Origin: a virus | Lineage: Duplodnaviria > Heunggongvirae > Uroviricota > Caudoviricetes | Length of the DNA: 38,116 bases | Strand: one strand, 5' to 3' | Virus record (IMG/VR): IMGVR_UViG_2541047893_000008 | In this document: positions 8,016 through 17,211 of the stretch, one piece after another | Layout: every line of letters begins with the position of its first letter | How positions within the stretch are numbered: position 1 is the first letter of the stretch | Notes under the pieces: generated by a model | The model's database searches: none | Told to the model about the DNA's origin: nothing | Seen by the model: only the letters and a program-made list of their open reading frames with translations | Program-made: the position numbers and the translations under genes

Positions 8016-8975
8016 ATGAAAATTTGTATCGACGACGGCTCCACCAACATCAAGCTGGCATGGACTGAGAATGGCGAACGCCGCAACGCCATCAGCCCGA
8101 ACAGCTTCAAGTCGGAATGGTCTGCGCCGTTCGGTGGCATGCAGCCCGCGAACTACATGCTTGATGGCGTGCGCTATGGTTTTGATCCGGTCAGCGATCG
8201 CTTTGTCCAGACGACCGACACGCAATACCAGTACAGCGATGTGAATGTAATCGCCATTCATCACGCGCTGGTCAAATCAGGCATCACGCCACAAGAGGTG
8301 GATGTGGTTGTCACCCTGCCACTGAGCGAGTATTTCGAGACAAACGCACAGCCGGACATGGCCAACATCAACCGCAAAAAAGCGAACGTTATGCGCTCGG
8401 TGGAGTACCAGAACGGCGAAGCATTCACTATCCGTAACGTGCGGGTTATGCCTGAATCCATTCCGGCTGGCTTTAAAGCACTGGCTGACATGAGTCCGTT
8501 TGAATCCCTGCTGATTGTGGATTTAGGCGGAACCACGCTGGATGTGGCAAAGGTTCAAGGGCAACTGGCAGGTATCAGCCAGGTGTTTTGCGATCCACAC
8601 GTAGGCGTTTCCCTGATGGCCGATGCCGTACTGTCGGTGATGGCCACTAACGGTATGCGCACCAGTCACCACATCGCCAATACCATTATCGAACATCGCC
8701 ATGATGAAGCCTGGCTGCGCCAGCACATCCACAATGACGCGCATTACGCCAGCCTGATGGCGGTTATTCGTGAAAAGGAAGAAACACTGAAACAACGCGT
8801 GATCCGCGCGCTGGCGGTTTTTTCGGGTTACGGGCGGGTGATGGTTGTCGGTGGAGGGGCGGAGATTGTGGCACCCGCTATCCGCGAAGTCTGCGGAGTT
8901 AATGCGACTTTCATCGCGGACGGGGTGCCACAGTTTGCTCTGGTTAATGGGCTGTACGCAATGGACAAGGAGTAA
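8016..8975 (+). CDS. parM: ParM/StbA-like actin-fold partition ATPase
   Basis: 319-aa ORF with actin-fold signatures: phosphate-1 (IDDGSTNIKL), phosphate-2 (IVDLGGTTLDV), adenosine motif (VVGGGAEIV). N-terminus resembles plasmid R1 ParM from memory (MLVFIDDGSTNIKLQW...). RBS AAGGA. Confidence 0.88.
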   Translation: MKICIDDGSTNIKLAWTENGERRNAISPNSFKSEWSAPFGGMQPANYMLDGVRYGFDPVSDRFVQTTDTQYQYSDVNVIAIHHALVKSGITPQEVDVVVTLPLSEYFETNAQPDMANINRKKANVMRSVEYQNGEAFTIRNVRVMPESIPAGFKALADMSPFESLLIVDLGGTTLDVAKVQGQLAGISQVFCDPHVGVSLMADAVLSVMATNGMRTSHHIANTIIEHRHDEAWLRQHIHNDAHYASLMAVIREKEETLKQRVIRALAVFSGYGRVMVVGGGAEIVAPAIREVCGVNATFIADGVPQFALVNGLYAMDKE

Positions 8976-8979
8976 ACCA

Positions 8980-9294
8980 ATGACGACACCAACCAGACGG
9001 ATAAGTTTCTATCTGAAGCCCGCCGCCGTCAAGAGTGAACAGGAGGCGTGCAATTACCTCGATAGCCTGCCAGCCTCCGAACGCAGCCGCGCGCAACGCG
9101 CGGCCTTTCTGGCTGGGCTAGCGCTCATAAAGCGCAACCCAGCATTTGCCTACTGGATGGCCGAATGGCCAGAGGACAACCTCCCCTTCAATACCGTTAG
9201 CATCAAGGAAACATACCAGGATAATCAGCCTAGCGGAGTTGAATGCAATTTTTATAAAATTGCAAAGAATATTCAGACCTTATTCCCAGAATAA
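8980..9294 (+). CDS. parR: ParR/StbB-like small DNA-binding partner (putative ribbon-helix-helix)
   Basis: Small ORF immediately downstream of parM (start 5 nt after the parM stop, RBS AAGGAG). N-terminus RRISFYLKP followed by two helices (EQEACNYLDSL; SERSRAQRAAFLAGLAL) fits the RHH pattern of type II partition adaptors. Assignment is inference from context and pattern. Confidence 0.65.
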   Translation: MTTPTRRISFYLKPAAVKSEQEACNYLDSLPASERSRAQRAAFLAGLALIKRNPAFAYWMAEWPEDNLPFNTVSIKETYQDNQPSGVECNFYKIAKNIQTLFPE

Positions 9295-9343
9295 TCTGAT
9301 AATTGTATGTGAACTAATAAAATACAGACCAACACATCATTCT

Positions 9344-9366
9344 GGCACCCTTGCTAACAGGGTGCC
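9344..9366. terminator. Hairpin between convergent parR and the AT-rich membrane module
   Basis: ggcaccc-ttgctaac-agggtgcc: 8-bp stem, 7-nt loop in the 83-bp convergent intergenic gap. Confidence 0.4.
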
Positions 9367-9377
9367 AATGTTTCAAA

Positions 9378-10214
9378 TCATGATGAAATTGCCGAAGTTT
9401 TTTTATCGTGCTGAAGTACCGCAAATGCCATTAAAACCTCAAGAGAATAGCGGCGATAATACTTAACAAAACCATAATAAAATACTCGGGATGCAGCAAT
9501 ACAAAACAAGAGAAGAAAACAAAAAGGTAACAGTCTGATATTTATATCTATTAAAAAGGATAGAAGGAGCAGGAACATAAGCAACCAGACTGAAGCGAGA
9601 AAAACAAATGTAATGTTTCTACAAAAACCATACAAAGCAACATAGTTTTGCATTTTCACCTGATGATTTTTAGAATGTTCATACACATAATGATAAGCAA
9701 GGCGAAAAAGATCGCCCCTCAAGCCCTTACGTCGATATAGCGTAGATAAAACATTTATATAACCATCTCGTATTTGCGGCCAAAAGACTTTAATAAGTAT
9801 AGAATGCAGTGTGGTTTTATGATGTTCTGCTTTATCAAAAGCTGATACAGGAAATAAAAAAACTCCACGAATAAAATTAACTATACTGAACTTAGTATTA
9901 TGTCGTTTTATTTTCAGGGAGCTTCTTTTAGAAAACAGATAAATTGAAGGATACCCAAGTTTACTGTTCATGTATTTTTCAATTAAACAGGATGATAGAA
10001 TAGATATGAAGTGACCTGAAATATATGATAGAACGATTAATACCACATATATAAATACACTTATTATTTCTTTATATTTCAGGATATGGTTAAGAATACC
10101 TTCTATATAAACAGGGTTAATTTCAATAGAAAACAAAAAAAGGATAAACAGGAATAACCCACCTGGAATTAGATAGCCCAAAAAGTCATAAAATGAAAAC
10201 GGATTCTGTGTCAC
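9378..10214 (-). CDS. Polytopic membrane protein of unknown function (278 aa), AT-rich cargo gene
   Basis: Several long hydrophobic segments; codon composition much more AT-rich than the phage backbone; second gene of a two-gene leftward operon; RBS GGGGGAAG. Confidence 0.7.
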   Translation of the reverse strand: MTQNPFSFYDFLGYLIPGGLFLFILFLFSIEINPVYIEGILNHILKYKEIISVFIYVVLIVLSYISGHFISILSSCLIEKYMNSKLGYPSIYLFSKRSSLKIKRHNTKFSIVNFIRGVFLFPVSAFDKAEHHKTTLHSILIKVFWPQIRDGYINVLSTLYRRKGLRGDLFRLAYHYVYEHSKNHQVKMQNYVALYGFCRNITFVFLASVWLLMFLLLLSFLIDINIRLLPFCFLLLFCIAASRVFYYGFVKYYRRYSLEVLMAFAVLQHDKKTSAISS

Positions 10215-10253
10215 ACTTCCCCCTGTGTTACTTGTAAATTAAAGGGTAAAACA

Positions 10254-10751
10254 TTATTTGTTTTTCCGTAAAGGATTAGCTTTCCATCTTCTTACTAACC
10301 ATTCGAATTCTTGATATGTAGTATCCGAATTAATGCTTTCTCTGATTGCTTTAATTAATGGCTCGGCAATATCATATGTCTCTACAACTGTTGTGTAAGA
10401 TGTTCTTTTTATCATTTTTTCATCATAAATACCTTCACGAATACTTACAGCAACTCGCTCGTAAAAATTTAAAATATATTGAAATTTTCGGCGCTCGGCC
10501 ATTTCTTCATCTGTTATTATGCAACCATCACAAGGAAAAACATAAGAACGAAATGATTTGCCTGAACGATGCACTTGTTTCAGGGTATGCAATGACTCTA
10601 TATATTGCATATCTTGCCGACTCTCAAAAAGAAAGTTGGCCGTTTGAGTTTTTTTTGCGGTACGCACATTGTAGATAATGGTTCCAATGGCAACCAAAAC
10701 GCCAAGCAGAACAATAGTATTGCTGATGATTTGTAGTGTTATTGGGTTCAT
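10254..10751 (-). CDS. N-terminally membrane-anchored protein of unknown function (165 aa), AT-rich cargo gene
   Basis: Single N-terminal TM helix (ITLQIISNTIVLLGVLVAIGTIIY) followed by a charged soluble domain; first gene of the two-gene module; no family recognised. Confidence 0.7.
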   Translation of the reverse strand: MNPITLQIISNTIVLLGVLVAIGTIIYNVRTAKKTQTANFLFESRQDMQYIESLHTLKQVHRSGKSFRSYVFPCDGCIITDEEMAERRKFQYILNFYERVAVSIREGIYDEKMIKRTSYTTVVETYDIAEPLIKAIRESINSDTTYQEFEWLVRRWKANPLRKNK

Positions 10752-10771
10752 CCTATTTCATCCATAAAAAA

Positions 10772-10792
10772 GGCGGGGAGCAAATCCCCGCC
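10772..10792 (-). terminator. Rho-independent terminator-like hairpin (ggcgggga-gcaaa-tccccgcc) with a U-run on the minus strand, 14 nt upstream of the cargo-module start codon
   Basis: GC-rich 8-bp stem, 5-nt loop, followed on the minus strand by a T7 run. Oriented to stop leftward transcription coming from the Q-P operon. Confidence 0.6.
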
Positions 10793-10948
10793 TCATTAGA
10801 GGTCAACGTAGCTTAGAAACCATCAAATTCATCATACATTTTATTCATATCAACCCCCTCATAGAAATCATAACCACGTTTTGTGGTTTTTGTGACGTAT
10901 AAACTACATCAAAGGCAAGCCACGGTCAAATATATAGGCATGCTTACC

Positions 10949-10975
10949 TGCACAAAAGTGCACAAATTTGCACAA
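10949..10975. repeat. Three helically phased direct repeats (TGCACAA every 10 bp) in the cos region
   Basis: TGCACAAAAG TGCACAAATT TGCACAATTT seen directly; resembles a phased protein-binding array (terminase or host-factor site). Confidence 0.4.
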
Positions 10976-11071
10976 TTTTTTTGAACGACTTTTTACCCTT
11001 CCGGCCCGCATGGCGGCTGGATCCGTCAAGGATCCGTGCGTGCACAAAAAAACGCGCTTTTTCTGCGCGCA

Positions 11072-11090
11072 GGTGACGGGGGAACAGCCC
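11072..11090. other. Candidate cos (cohesive-end) site
   Basis: GC-rich 19-mer ggtgacgggggaacagccc in the ORF-free gap between hotspot and portal gene, where P2 cos lies. About 13/19 match to my recollection of the P2 cos sequence. Tentative. Confidence 0.3.
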
Positions 11091-11399
11091 GCGTTTCAGG
11101 GGGTAAATAGTATTCCCTGAGCGATGTCGCAGCGACATAACAGAATGGCCATATTTCTCACGCTGAGCGTGAAAAAGATGTGAGGGCTTTTGATTTGATG
11201 GGGTGAAAGGTAAGGCCGTCAAAATCGCACTGAGGCGGTGAGAACATGCAGTCAGCGCGGTGGGATTGCGTAAGAGTCTGACCGTCGATGATGGTAATAA
11301 ACAGGAAAGCGTCGTGAAATTATCTGATTGATACAGGAGCTGGAGAGTCGGGGCATAAATTTTTTATGCCCCGCCGAAGCAGCAGACAAGCGAAGCGCG

Positions 11400-12446
11400 T
11401 CAGGATGTGGGCTGGGTGTCTAACAGTGCGTAAGGGTTAAAGCGAATCACCTCTTCGCCAAGCCAGTCATTGATGTGCTTCATGGCCTCCATGACGGGCA
11501 TCAGCTCGTTAATTGCGTAAACCCGCGCGGCCTTCTCCACATCACCAAACGCACTTTTTTCGCCTGGCATCGCCCCCATCAGTTGCGGCGGAACGCGGTG
11601 CGCAGCCAGCACATCATCACGGGATGCCACCTTAACATTCATGAACTCATCCTTTGCGGTGATCTGCTGGAACGGCAAAATTTGCACCCCCTCTTTGCCA
11701 CCGTTGGGCGCATGAATGAGCACGTTTTTAAACGCACCACCACCACGCGCACCCTGTAGCGTTTCTTTCAGGGAGTCCATGCTTTCGCGGTTTACCTGCG
11801 CTGCACCGATGTAGATGATGCACCCGGCGTGGGATCCGTTGTCGTAATACAGTTTTCTGAACATGTCCGCCGAATGAGACAGGCTGGCCGAGAGTAATGC
11901 GCCGAGATATTCCGGCATGCCGTAGATTTCCTGGTTAATGTCAGGATTCATCAGGTGGCACACTTTGCCAGGGCGAAACTGAAACGCGTCCTTGCCATCC
12001 TGCACATACCACCATGATTCAAGATCGCTTCCGCGTCGCATGTATTTCGCCAGGGCGTGCCGTAATTTAAGCGGTTCGCCGAGCATATTGCTTCGAAGCT
12101 CAAGGAATGCGTTACCGAACACAAACCAGTCCAGCGCCAGCGCCGAGAAATCCTGCCGGGAAAGCAACGGGTGCGGGATGTAGCAACCGAGTAATACATT
12201 GCGCTTAAAGTAAAGCGCAGACTGATGCCAGGACGTTTGCCGGGCAGCTCTTGCCAGACCGTACCAGTCCACCGGGGTTTCATACCACCGCCCGTTATCA
12301 GCACAGTACATATTGTCCAGCAGGTCATGCCCGGTCAGGCGATAAGGACCATCAAATGTGAATGCACTGAGCGATGATTCTTTCCTGAGCGCATCAGCGA
12401 GATCAATGCGTGAACTCATGCGCACTTTTTTATTTTTTCTGCTCAT
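11400..12446 (-). CDS. Q: Portal protein (P2 gpQ family)
   Basis: 348-aa leftward ORF immediately downstream of the large terminase gene (ATGA overlap); size and position match P2 Q. Confidence 0.88.
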   Translation of the reverse strand: MSRKNKKVRMSSRIDLADALRKESSLSAFTFDGPYRLTGHDLLDNMYCADNGRWYETPVDWYGLARAARQTSWHQSALYFKRNVLLGCYIPHPLLSRQDFSALALDWFVFGNAFLELRSNMLGEPLKLRHALAKYMRRGSDLESWWYVQDGKDAFQFRPGKVCHLMNPDINQEIYGMPEYLGALLSASLSHSADMFRKLYYDNGSHAGCIIYIGAAQVNRESMDSLKETLQGARGGGAFKNVLIHAPNGGKEGVQILPFQQITAKDEFMNVKVASRDDVLAAHRVPPQLMGAMPGEKSAFGDVEKAARVYAINELMPVMEAMKHINDWLGEEVIRFNPYALLDTQPTS

Positions 12447-14197
12447 CAGAACTCCATAACCGTGAAACGCTCGTTTTCTCCTTCGCCGCCAATTGGTTCG
12501 TTAATGACAGCAAGCATGGTTGCCCACGCAAGGTCGCCGTGGCTGATCCCCCTCGCGCGGTCCGTTTCGTAAGTGATAAAGCCGCCCGGTGTTTTCACCT
12601 TACGCACGGCGTTAAAGGCCGCGACCAGCTCGCGTTCGGCGCGATCGTATTCCCACCGCCCGGCACGCATTATTTGCAGCATTTTCAGTACCAGCGACCG
12701 TTTTGATGACAGCGTGAAGGTGTACGGAATAGCGGCAGGGAAAAACCGTTTCACTATCTGATAAACAGCCTCCCCGTTCCCGCCCGTCACATCAATGCCG
12801 ATGTGTTCCACGTTGTAGCGACACGTGAACTCTTCAATGACTCTGGCCTGTTCTTCAAACTCCAGCCCCTGAACGCGTCGCGTCTCTACCGTTCGAAAAC
12901 GGCCACCAGGAACAGACGGAGGAACCACCACGGACACAGCGCCGCTGTCGCCGTTGCCACTGCTGCCGTTTGCGTCATACCCAATCCATACCGGACGATT
13001 CCCCATCGGGCGGGGAGCAAAAGGTTTCCAGTCTTTCCAGTCGTCGTATCCGTCAACACCGCAGCCAATCAGGATATTCAGGTTAAATGCCGATTCCCCT
13101 TCGCGGACAAACTCACACATATAGAGATTGAGGAACTCGTCTTCGGTGTTTTCATCACGAATTTCGTCGATATCGGTGTGTTCCCAGCCGTGATTAACCA
13201 CATCTTCCAGCGTGACAATTTGCCGCCACGTCCGGTCAGGGCAGATAAGCCCGTTATGCAGCGCTTTCCAGTCCACAGAAAAACGCTGGCGTTTATGCGT
13301 GGCCTTTTTCTCGTTCCAGCGGTCGCCGTTCCAGTAGGCGTATGCCTCGTGCATTTCGGTGGATGGCGTGGAGAAGTAGGTGCGCCGCAGTCCGCTGAGG
13401 GTTGCCATAGCGCCAGCCACCTTGCGCAGTTCAGCAAAGCGACTGACCCAGAAAAATTCATCAAAATAAAAATTGCCCGTATAGGACTGTGCCGACGCAG
13501 CAGAAGTGCCGAGAAAATGCAGCTCTGCGCCGTTGGAGAGGATGATTTTATCGCCCCCTTTCAGCTCCACATCAACTTCAGCCGCGGCCTTCTGAATAAT
13601 GCTTTTAAACTGGAACGCCTGACGACGCGACGCAGACAAAAAAATCTGGTTACGCTGGTAAGGTTGCGCCACATCGTCACGCAGCGCCATCAGCAGCGCT
13701 TCCTGTGCAAAATACCAGGTCGCCCCAATCTGTCGGGATTTCAGGATCATCCTGTTACGTATCCCTGCTTCCCTGCAAAGGGTCAGGGAGTCAAACCAGC
13801 CCCGCTGATGCCACTCCAGCCTGCTGATGATTTTTTCCCGCAGTGCGGCAATCTGTTCCGGCGTGAAATGATTTTTAAGCTTTTTCGCCCGGCCTTTCTT
13901 TCCTGTGGCCGTCGCATCCGGCTGGCCATCATGCAGTTTTTTAAGCTGCCGGGTCAGCAGGTCTATTTCCTTGAAGTCACCACCTGTTTTATTCTGTTTT
14001 TCAGTGAGCTGGATGAGGCGCGCATCGATGGACTGCGTGACACGCTGCACGGGTGGCGTTTCATCCCACTGGTCGCGTTTTTTCCACGCATAAATCGTGT
14101 TCGGGTTTATTCCCATCAGACGTGATATTTCTGCGGGCGGATAACCCTGCCAGTAAAGTTGCCGCGCACGCTGGCGCACAAAAGCGTCCTGAATCAT
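12446..14197 (-). CDS. P: Terminase large (ATPase) subunit (P2 gpP family)
   Basis: 583-aa leftward ORF, divergent from scaffold O, with a terminase ATPase-like segment (KSRQIGATWYF); P2 P-Q arrangement. Confidence 0.9.
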   Translation of the reverse strand: MIQDAFVRQRARQLYWQGYPPAEISRLMGINPNTIYAWKKRDQWDETPPVQRVTQSIDARLIQLTEKQNKTGGDFKEIDLLTRQLKKLHDGQPDATATGKKGRAKKLKNHFTPEQIAALREKIISRLEWHQRGWFDSLTLCREAGIRNRMILKSRQIGATWYFAQEALLMALRDDVAQPYQRNQIFLSASRRQAFQFKSIIQKAAAEVDVELKGGDKIILSNGAELHFLGTSAASAQSYTGNFYFDEFFWVSRFAELRKVAGAMATLSGLRRTYFSTPSTEMHEAYAYWNGDRWNEKKATHKRQRFSVDWKALHNGLICPDRTWRQIVTLEDVVNHGWEHTDIDEIRDENTEDEFLNLYMCEFVREGESAFNLNILIGCGVDGYDDWKDWKPFAPRPMGNRPVWIGYDANGSSGNGDSGAVSVVVPPSVPGGRFRTVETRRVQGLEFEEQARVIEEFTCRYNVEHIGIDVTGGNGEAVYQIVKRFFPAAIPYTFTLSSKRSLVLKMLQIMRAGRWEYDRAERELVAAFNAVRKVKTPGGFITYETDRARGISHGDLAWATMLAVINEPIGGEGENERFTVMEF

Positions 14198-14351
14198 TGC
14201 TCCCCCTGAGTAATTACAGGAAGATTACCCGCGCGCGAAACTGTTCTCCTTAACCCCCTGTTCTGGCCGTTTTCTTACAACAAAAGCCCTTTGTATCAGC
14301 CTGTTACGCTTTGCCATCATGACTGAAGAACCAGTCAGAGGGGCAAAAACT

Positions 14352-15188
14352 ATGGCTAATGAAAAAAAGACATCCCGCAAAAAGTTTCGCGTGGCTGTCT
14401 CCGGTGTAACGGCAGACGGGCGCGAAATCAACGGCGACATGCTGAAAGCTGCCGCCACCAGTTATAACCCGTCCGTTTATGGTGCACGTGTGAATATTGA
14501 GCACATCCTGTCACCACTCCCCGGTAGCGAGTTTTCCGCTATGGGCGATGTTGTGGGGTTGAGCACCGAAGACATAACCGATGGCCCGCTGGCAGGCCGC
14601 ACGGCACTGTATGCCGAAATTGAGCCGACCGCTCGCATGATGTCCCTGCTTAACGATGGTAAAAAAATTTACTCCAGTATTGAGCTGGAACCACAGTCAA
14701 CCATCACGGGAGGCCCTTACCTGCGCGGGCTGGCAATGACCGACACCCCTGCCAGCCTGGGCACGGAACGTCTGGCCTTTGCGGCACAACAACGTATGCA
14801 ACTGATGACATTCAACTGTCAGCAGGGAGACGTGGCGATGTTTACCGCCGCTATGGAGTCAGAACTTATCGAACTCACCGAACAACGTCAGGAAGAAGGC
14901 ACCCAGTGGTTTAACCGCGTTATGGGGATTATTGGCCGTGGCCGCAAAGCGGATGACGCCAGTTTCTCCCGTATTCAGGAAGCGGTGGAAGGTGTCGCAA
15001 CGTCACAGGCCGACATTATCGACCGTTTTAATGCGCTGGAAACCCGCCATCAGCAGGACAGCCAGAAAATCACTTTACTGACCACAGAGCTGACAGCACT
15101 GAAGGAAAAACTGCGCACGCAGGACGGCGATCCGCAGAACCGGTTCACCGCAACGGGCGCAGCCTCCGATCAACTGGCTGACTTCTGA
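14352..15188 (+). CDS. O: Capsid scaffolding protein (P2 gpO family)
   Basis: Start at internal ATG (MANEKKTSRKKFRV...) preceded by a purine-rich RBS (AGAGGGG); N-terminal block FRVAVSGVTADGREI...VNIEH matches P2 O. Confidence 0.85.
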   Translation: MANEKKTSRKKFRVAVSGVTADGREINGDMLKAAATSYNPSVYGARVNIEHILSPLPGSEFSAMGDVVGLSTEDITDGPLAGRTALYAEIEPTARMMSLLNDGKKIYSSIELEPQSTITGGPYLRGLAMTDTPASLGTERLAFAAQQRMQLMTFNCQQGDVAMFTAAMESELIELTEQRQEEGTQWFNRVMGIIGRGRKADDASFSRIQEAVEGVATSQADIIDRFNALETRHQQDSQKITLLTTELTALKEKLRTQDGDPQNRFTATGAASDQLADF

Positions 15189-15211
15189 TAAGACAAAGGA
15201 GCAAATTTTTT

Positions 15212-16264
15212 ATGAATCTGGTGATGTCAGATATTACCCGCAACAAGCTGGGTTGCTATATGGCGCAGCAGGCGTCGCTTAACAACATCCCGGTATCTGC
15301 ACTGGTATCGCGATTTACCGTGGAACCCTCGGTGCAGCAGCGTTTTGAAAACGCAGTAAAGGAGAGCACTGAATTTACAAAAAAAATTAACGTGTTCGGT
15401 GTGACCGACCAGAAAGGCGAAAAAATCCTCCTGGACACCACCGGGCCGATTGCGCGCACGAATACCAGTTATGACGGCACAAAACGCCGTAACCCGAATA
15501 ACGTGGTTGATCTGAAAAACCGTAAATATCAGTGCGAACAGGTGAACTACGACACGTTTATTTCGTATCCGCAGCTTGATGCCTGGGCGGCACACCCTGA
15601 TTTTCAGTCACGCGTCAGCACACAGATTGCCCGGCAGGTGGCGCTTGACCGCATCATGATCGGTTTCAACGGCACGTCTCACGCAGATGAGTCCAACTTC
15701 AGCACCAACAAGCTGCTTCAGGACGTTAACGTGGGATGGCTGGAGCACATCAGAACCGACGCCAGCGAGCGCGTAATGAATGACGTGACGCTGACCTCCC
15801 GCAACATGGACAACACCGTGGCGCACGCGGGTAAGTATGCGAACGCTGATGCACTGGTACAGGACGCGCGCTCATCCCTGCTGGATGAATGGCACAAGGA
15901 AGCTGACGACCTCGTGGTGATTATGGGGCGCAACCTGTTTAACTCGCTGCGTCTGCCCGTGCTGAACAGCATCAGCGGCCAGAATCCCAATGCGGAATTA
16001 CTTGCCGGACAGCTCATCCTGTCATCGCGCGCCATTGGCGGACTGGATGTATTCCTTGCGCCGTTCTTCCCGGATTCAACGATGCTGATCACCTCGTTCA
16101 ACAACCTGTCGATTTACTGGCAGAAAGGAACAATGCGTCGCCTGATGAAAGACGAGCCGGAATACAACCGCATCGCCACCTACCAGTCCATCAATGACGC
16201 TTATGTCGTTGAAGACTATGGCAAGTGCGCGATGGTCACTGGCCTGAAGTTCGCCGACAGCTAA
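15212..16264 (+). CDS. N: Major capsid protein (P2 gpN family)
   Basis: 350-aa ORF with RBS GGAG; blocks (RFTVEPSV, IMIGFNGT, LQDVNVGWL, MLITSFNNLSIY, YVVEDYG) match P2 N. Confidence 0.9.
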   Translation: MNLVMSDITRNKLGCYMAQQASLNNIPVSALVSRFTVEPSVQQRFENAVKESTEFTKKINVFGVTDQKGEKILLDTTGPIARTNTSYDGTKRRNPNNVVDLKNRKYQCEQVNYDTFISYPQLDAWAAHPDFQSRVSTQIARQVALDRIMIGFNGTSHADESNFSTNKLLQDVNVGWLEHIRTDASERVMNDVTLTSRNMDNTVAHAGKYANADALVQDARSSLLDEWHKEADDLVVIMGRNLFNSLRLPVLNSISGQNPNAELLAGQLILSSRAIGGLDVFLAPFFPDSTMLITSFNNLSIYWQKGTMRRLMKDEPEYNRIATYQSINDAYVVEDYGKCAMVTGLKFADS

Positions 16265-16309
16265 TCAACTCACGGCGGGCATCATGCCCGCCTGTAACGG
16301 AGAGAAAAA

Positions 16310-17110
16310 ATGATTACTCCTGCACAGCAACACTGGCAGAACGTGATGGCACAGCGCGCAGGCCGGGCGAATGAAGGCGTGGACCACGCCGCGCGTACCG
16401 CGCATGAAGAGGTGCTGTATCGTCTGCGTCTGGCACAGGCCCGACTTAAGGGCGTACAGGCCAGAAGCGCGAAAGCCGCCATCAAAAAAGAGTTGTTACC
16501 GGACTTTTCCGGCTGGATTGAGGGAACGCTGGAGGCTGACGGCGGGCAGCAAGATGAAGTGATTGCCACGCTGATGGTGTGGGCAATTGACTGCGGCGAT
16601 CTTCCGCTGGCGCTGCGTATTGGTGCGTATGTGGTCCGTCACAACCTCATCATGCCGGATAACTTTGGCCGTACTGCTGCCACGGTACTGACCGAAGAAA
16701 TCTGTAATCCGGTACTGACGCAGGCCGGGACGGATGCCGACGCGGATTTGTCCGCCTTTATCGAACCACTGGACACCCTCCGGGAGATTGTCACCGACCA
16801 GGACATGCCGGACGAAGTGCGCGCCAAATTATGCAAGGCGTGCGCCTTTGCCCGTCGTGGCCTGACCGATGCGGACAGCATGGCCTCATCACTGAAGCTG
16901 CTGCGCGAAGCGATGCACCTGAACCCGAACGCAGGTGTGAAACGCGAGATTGCAACCCTTTCCCGCGCCCTGAAAAAAGCCGATTCCGCAGCCGCACCAG
17001 AAGATGCCAGCACACCGCAGGCGCAGGACGAAAGCAGCAAAAGTAAAAAGACAACGCGGAAGCCTGCAACACGAAAAACCACCGCGACGCAGAAGGCGAA
17101 GCGCGGTTAA
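16310..17110 (+). CDS. M: Terminase small (endonuclease) subunit (P2 gpM family)
   Basis: 266-aa ORF after N, RBS GGAGAG; position and size match P2 M. Confidence 0.85.
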   Translation: MITPAQQHWQNVMAQRAGRANEGVDHAARTAHEEVLYRLRLAQARLKGVQARSAKAAIKKELLPDFSGWIEGTLEADGGQQDEVIATLMVWAIDCGDLPLALRIGAYVVRHNLIMPDNFGRTAATVLTEEICNPVLTQAGTDADADLSAFIEPLDTLREIVTDQDMPDEVRAKLCKACAFARRGLTDADSMASSLKLLREAMHLNPNAGVKREIATLSRALKKADSAAAPEDASTPQAQDESSKSKKTTRKPATRKTTATQKAKRG

Positions 17111-17211
17111 CGACTGACCCCGTCAGCGGGCGGCGTGCGCGGTGTTCCGGTTTGACTCCGTGACCGTTTACACCGCACACCCACCGCCCGATTTTTTCAG
17201 GAGTGAACACC

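Noticed and set aside
10944-11222. 92-aa minus-strand ORF in the cos region
   Set aside because: Sits across the phased repeats and cos-like sequence; no RBS and an implausible basic composition.
11349-11373. Palindrome cggggcat-aaatttttt-atgccccg about 27 nt after the portal gene stop, as a terminator
   Set aside because: No U-run follows the stem on the minus strand (the T-run is in the loop). Recorded only as part of the cos-region palindromes.
12803-14125. 440-aa plus-strand ORF
   Set aside because: Entirely antisense to the large terminase gene; composition (Arg/Pro/His-rich) typical of a reverse-frame artefact.
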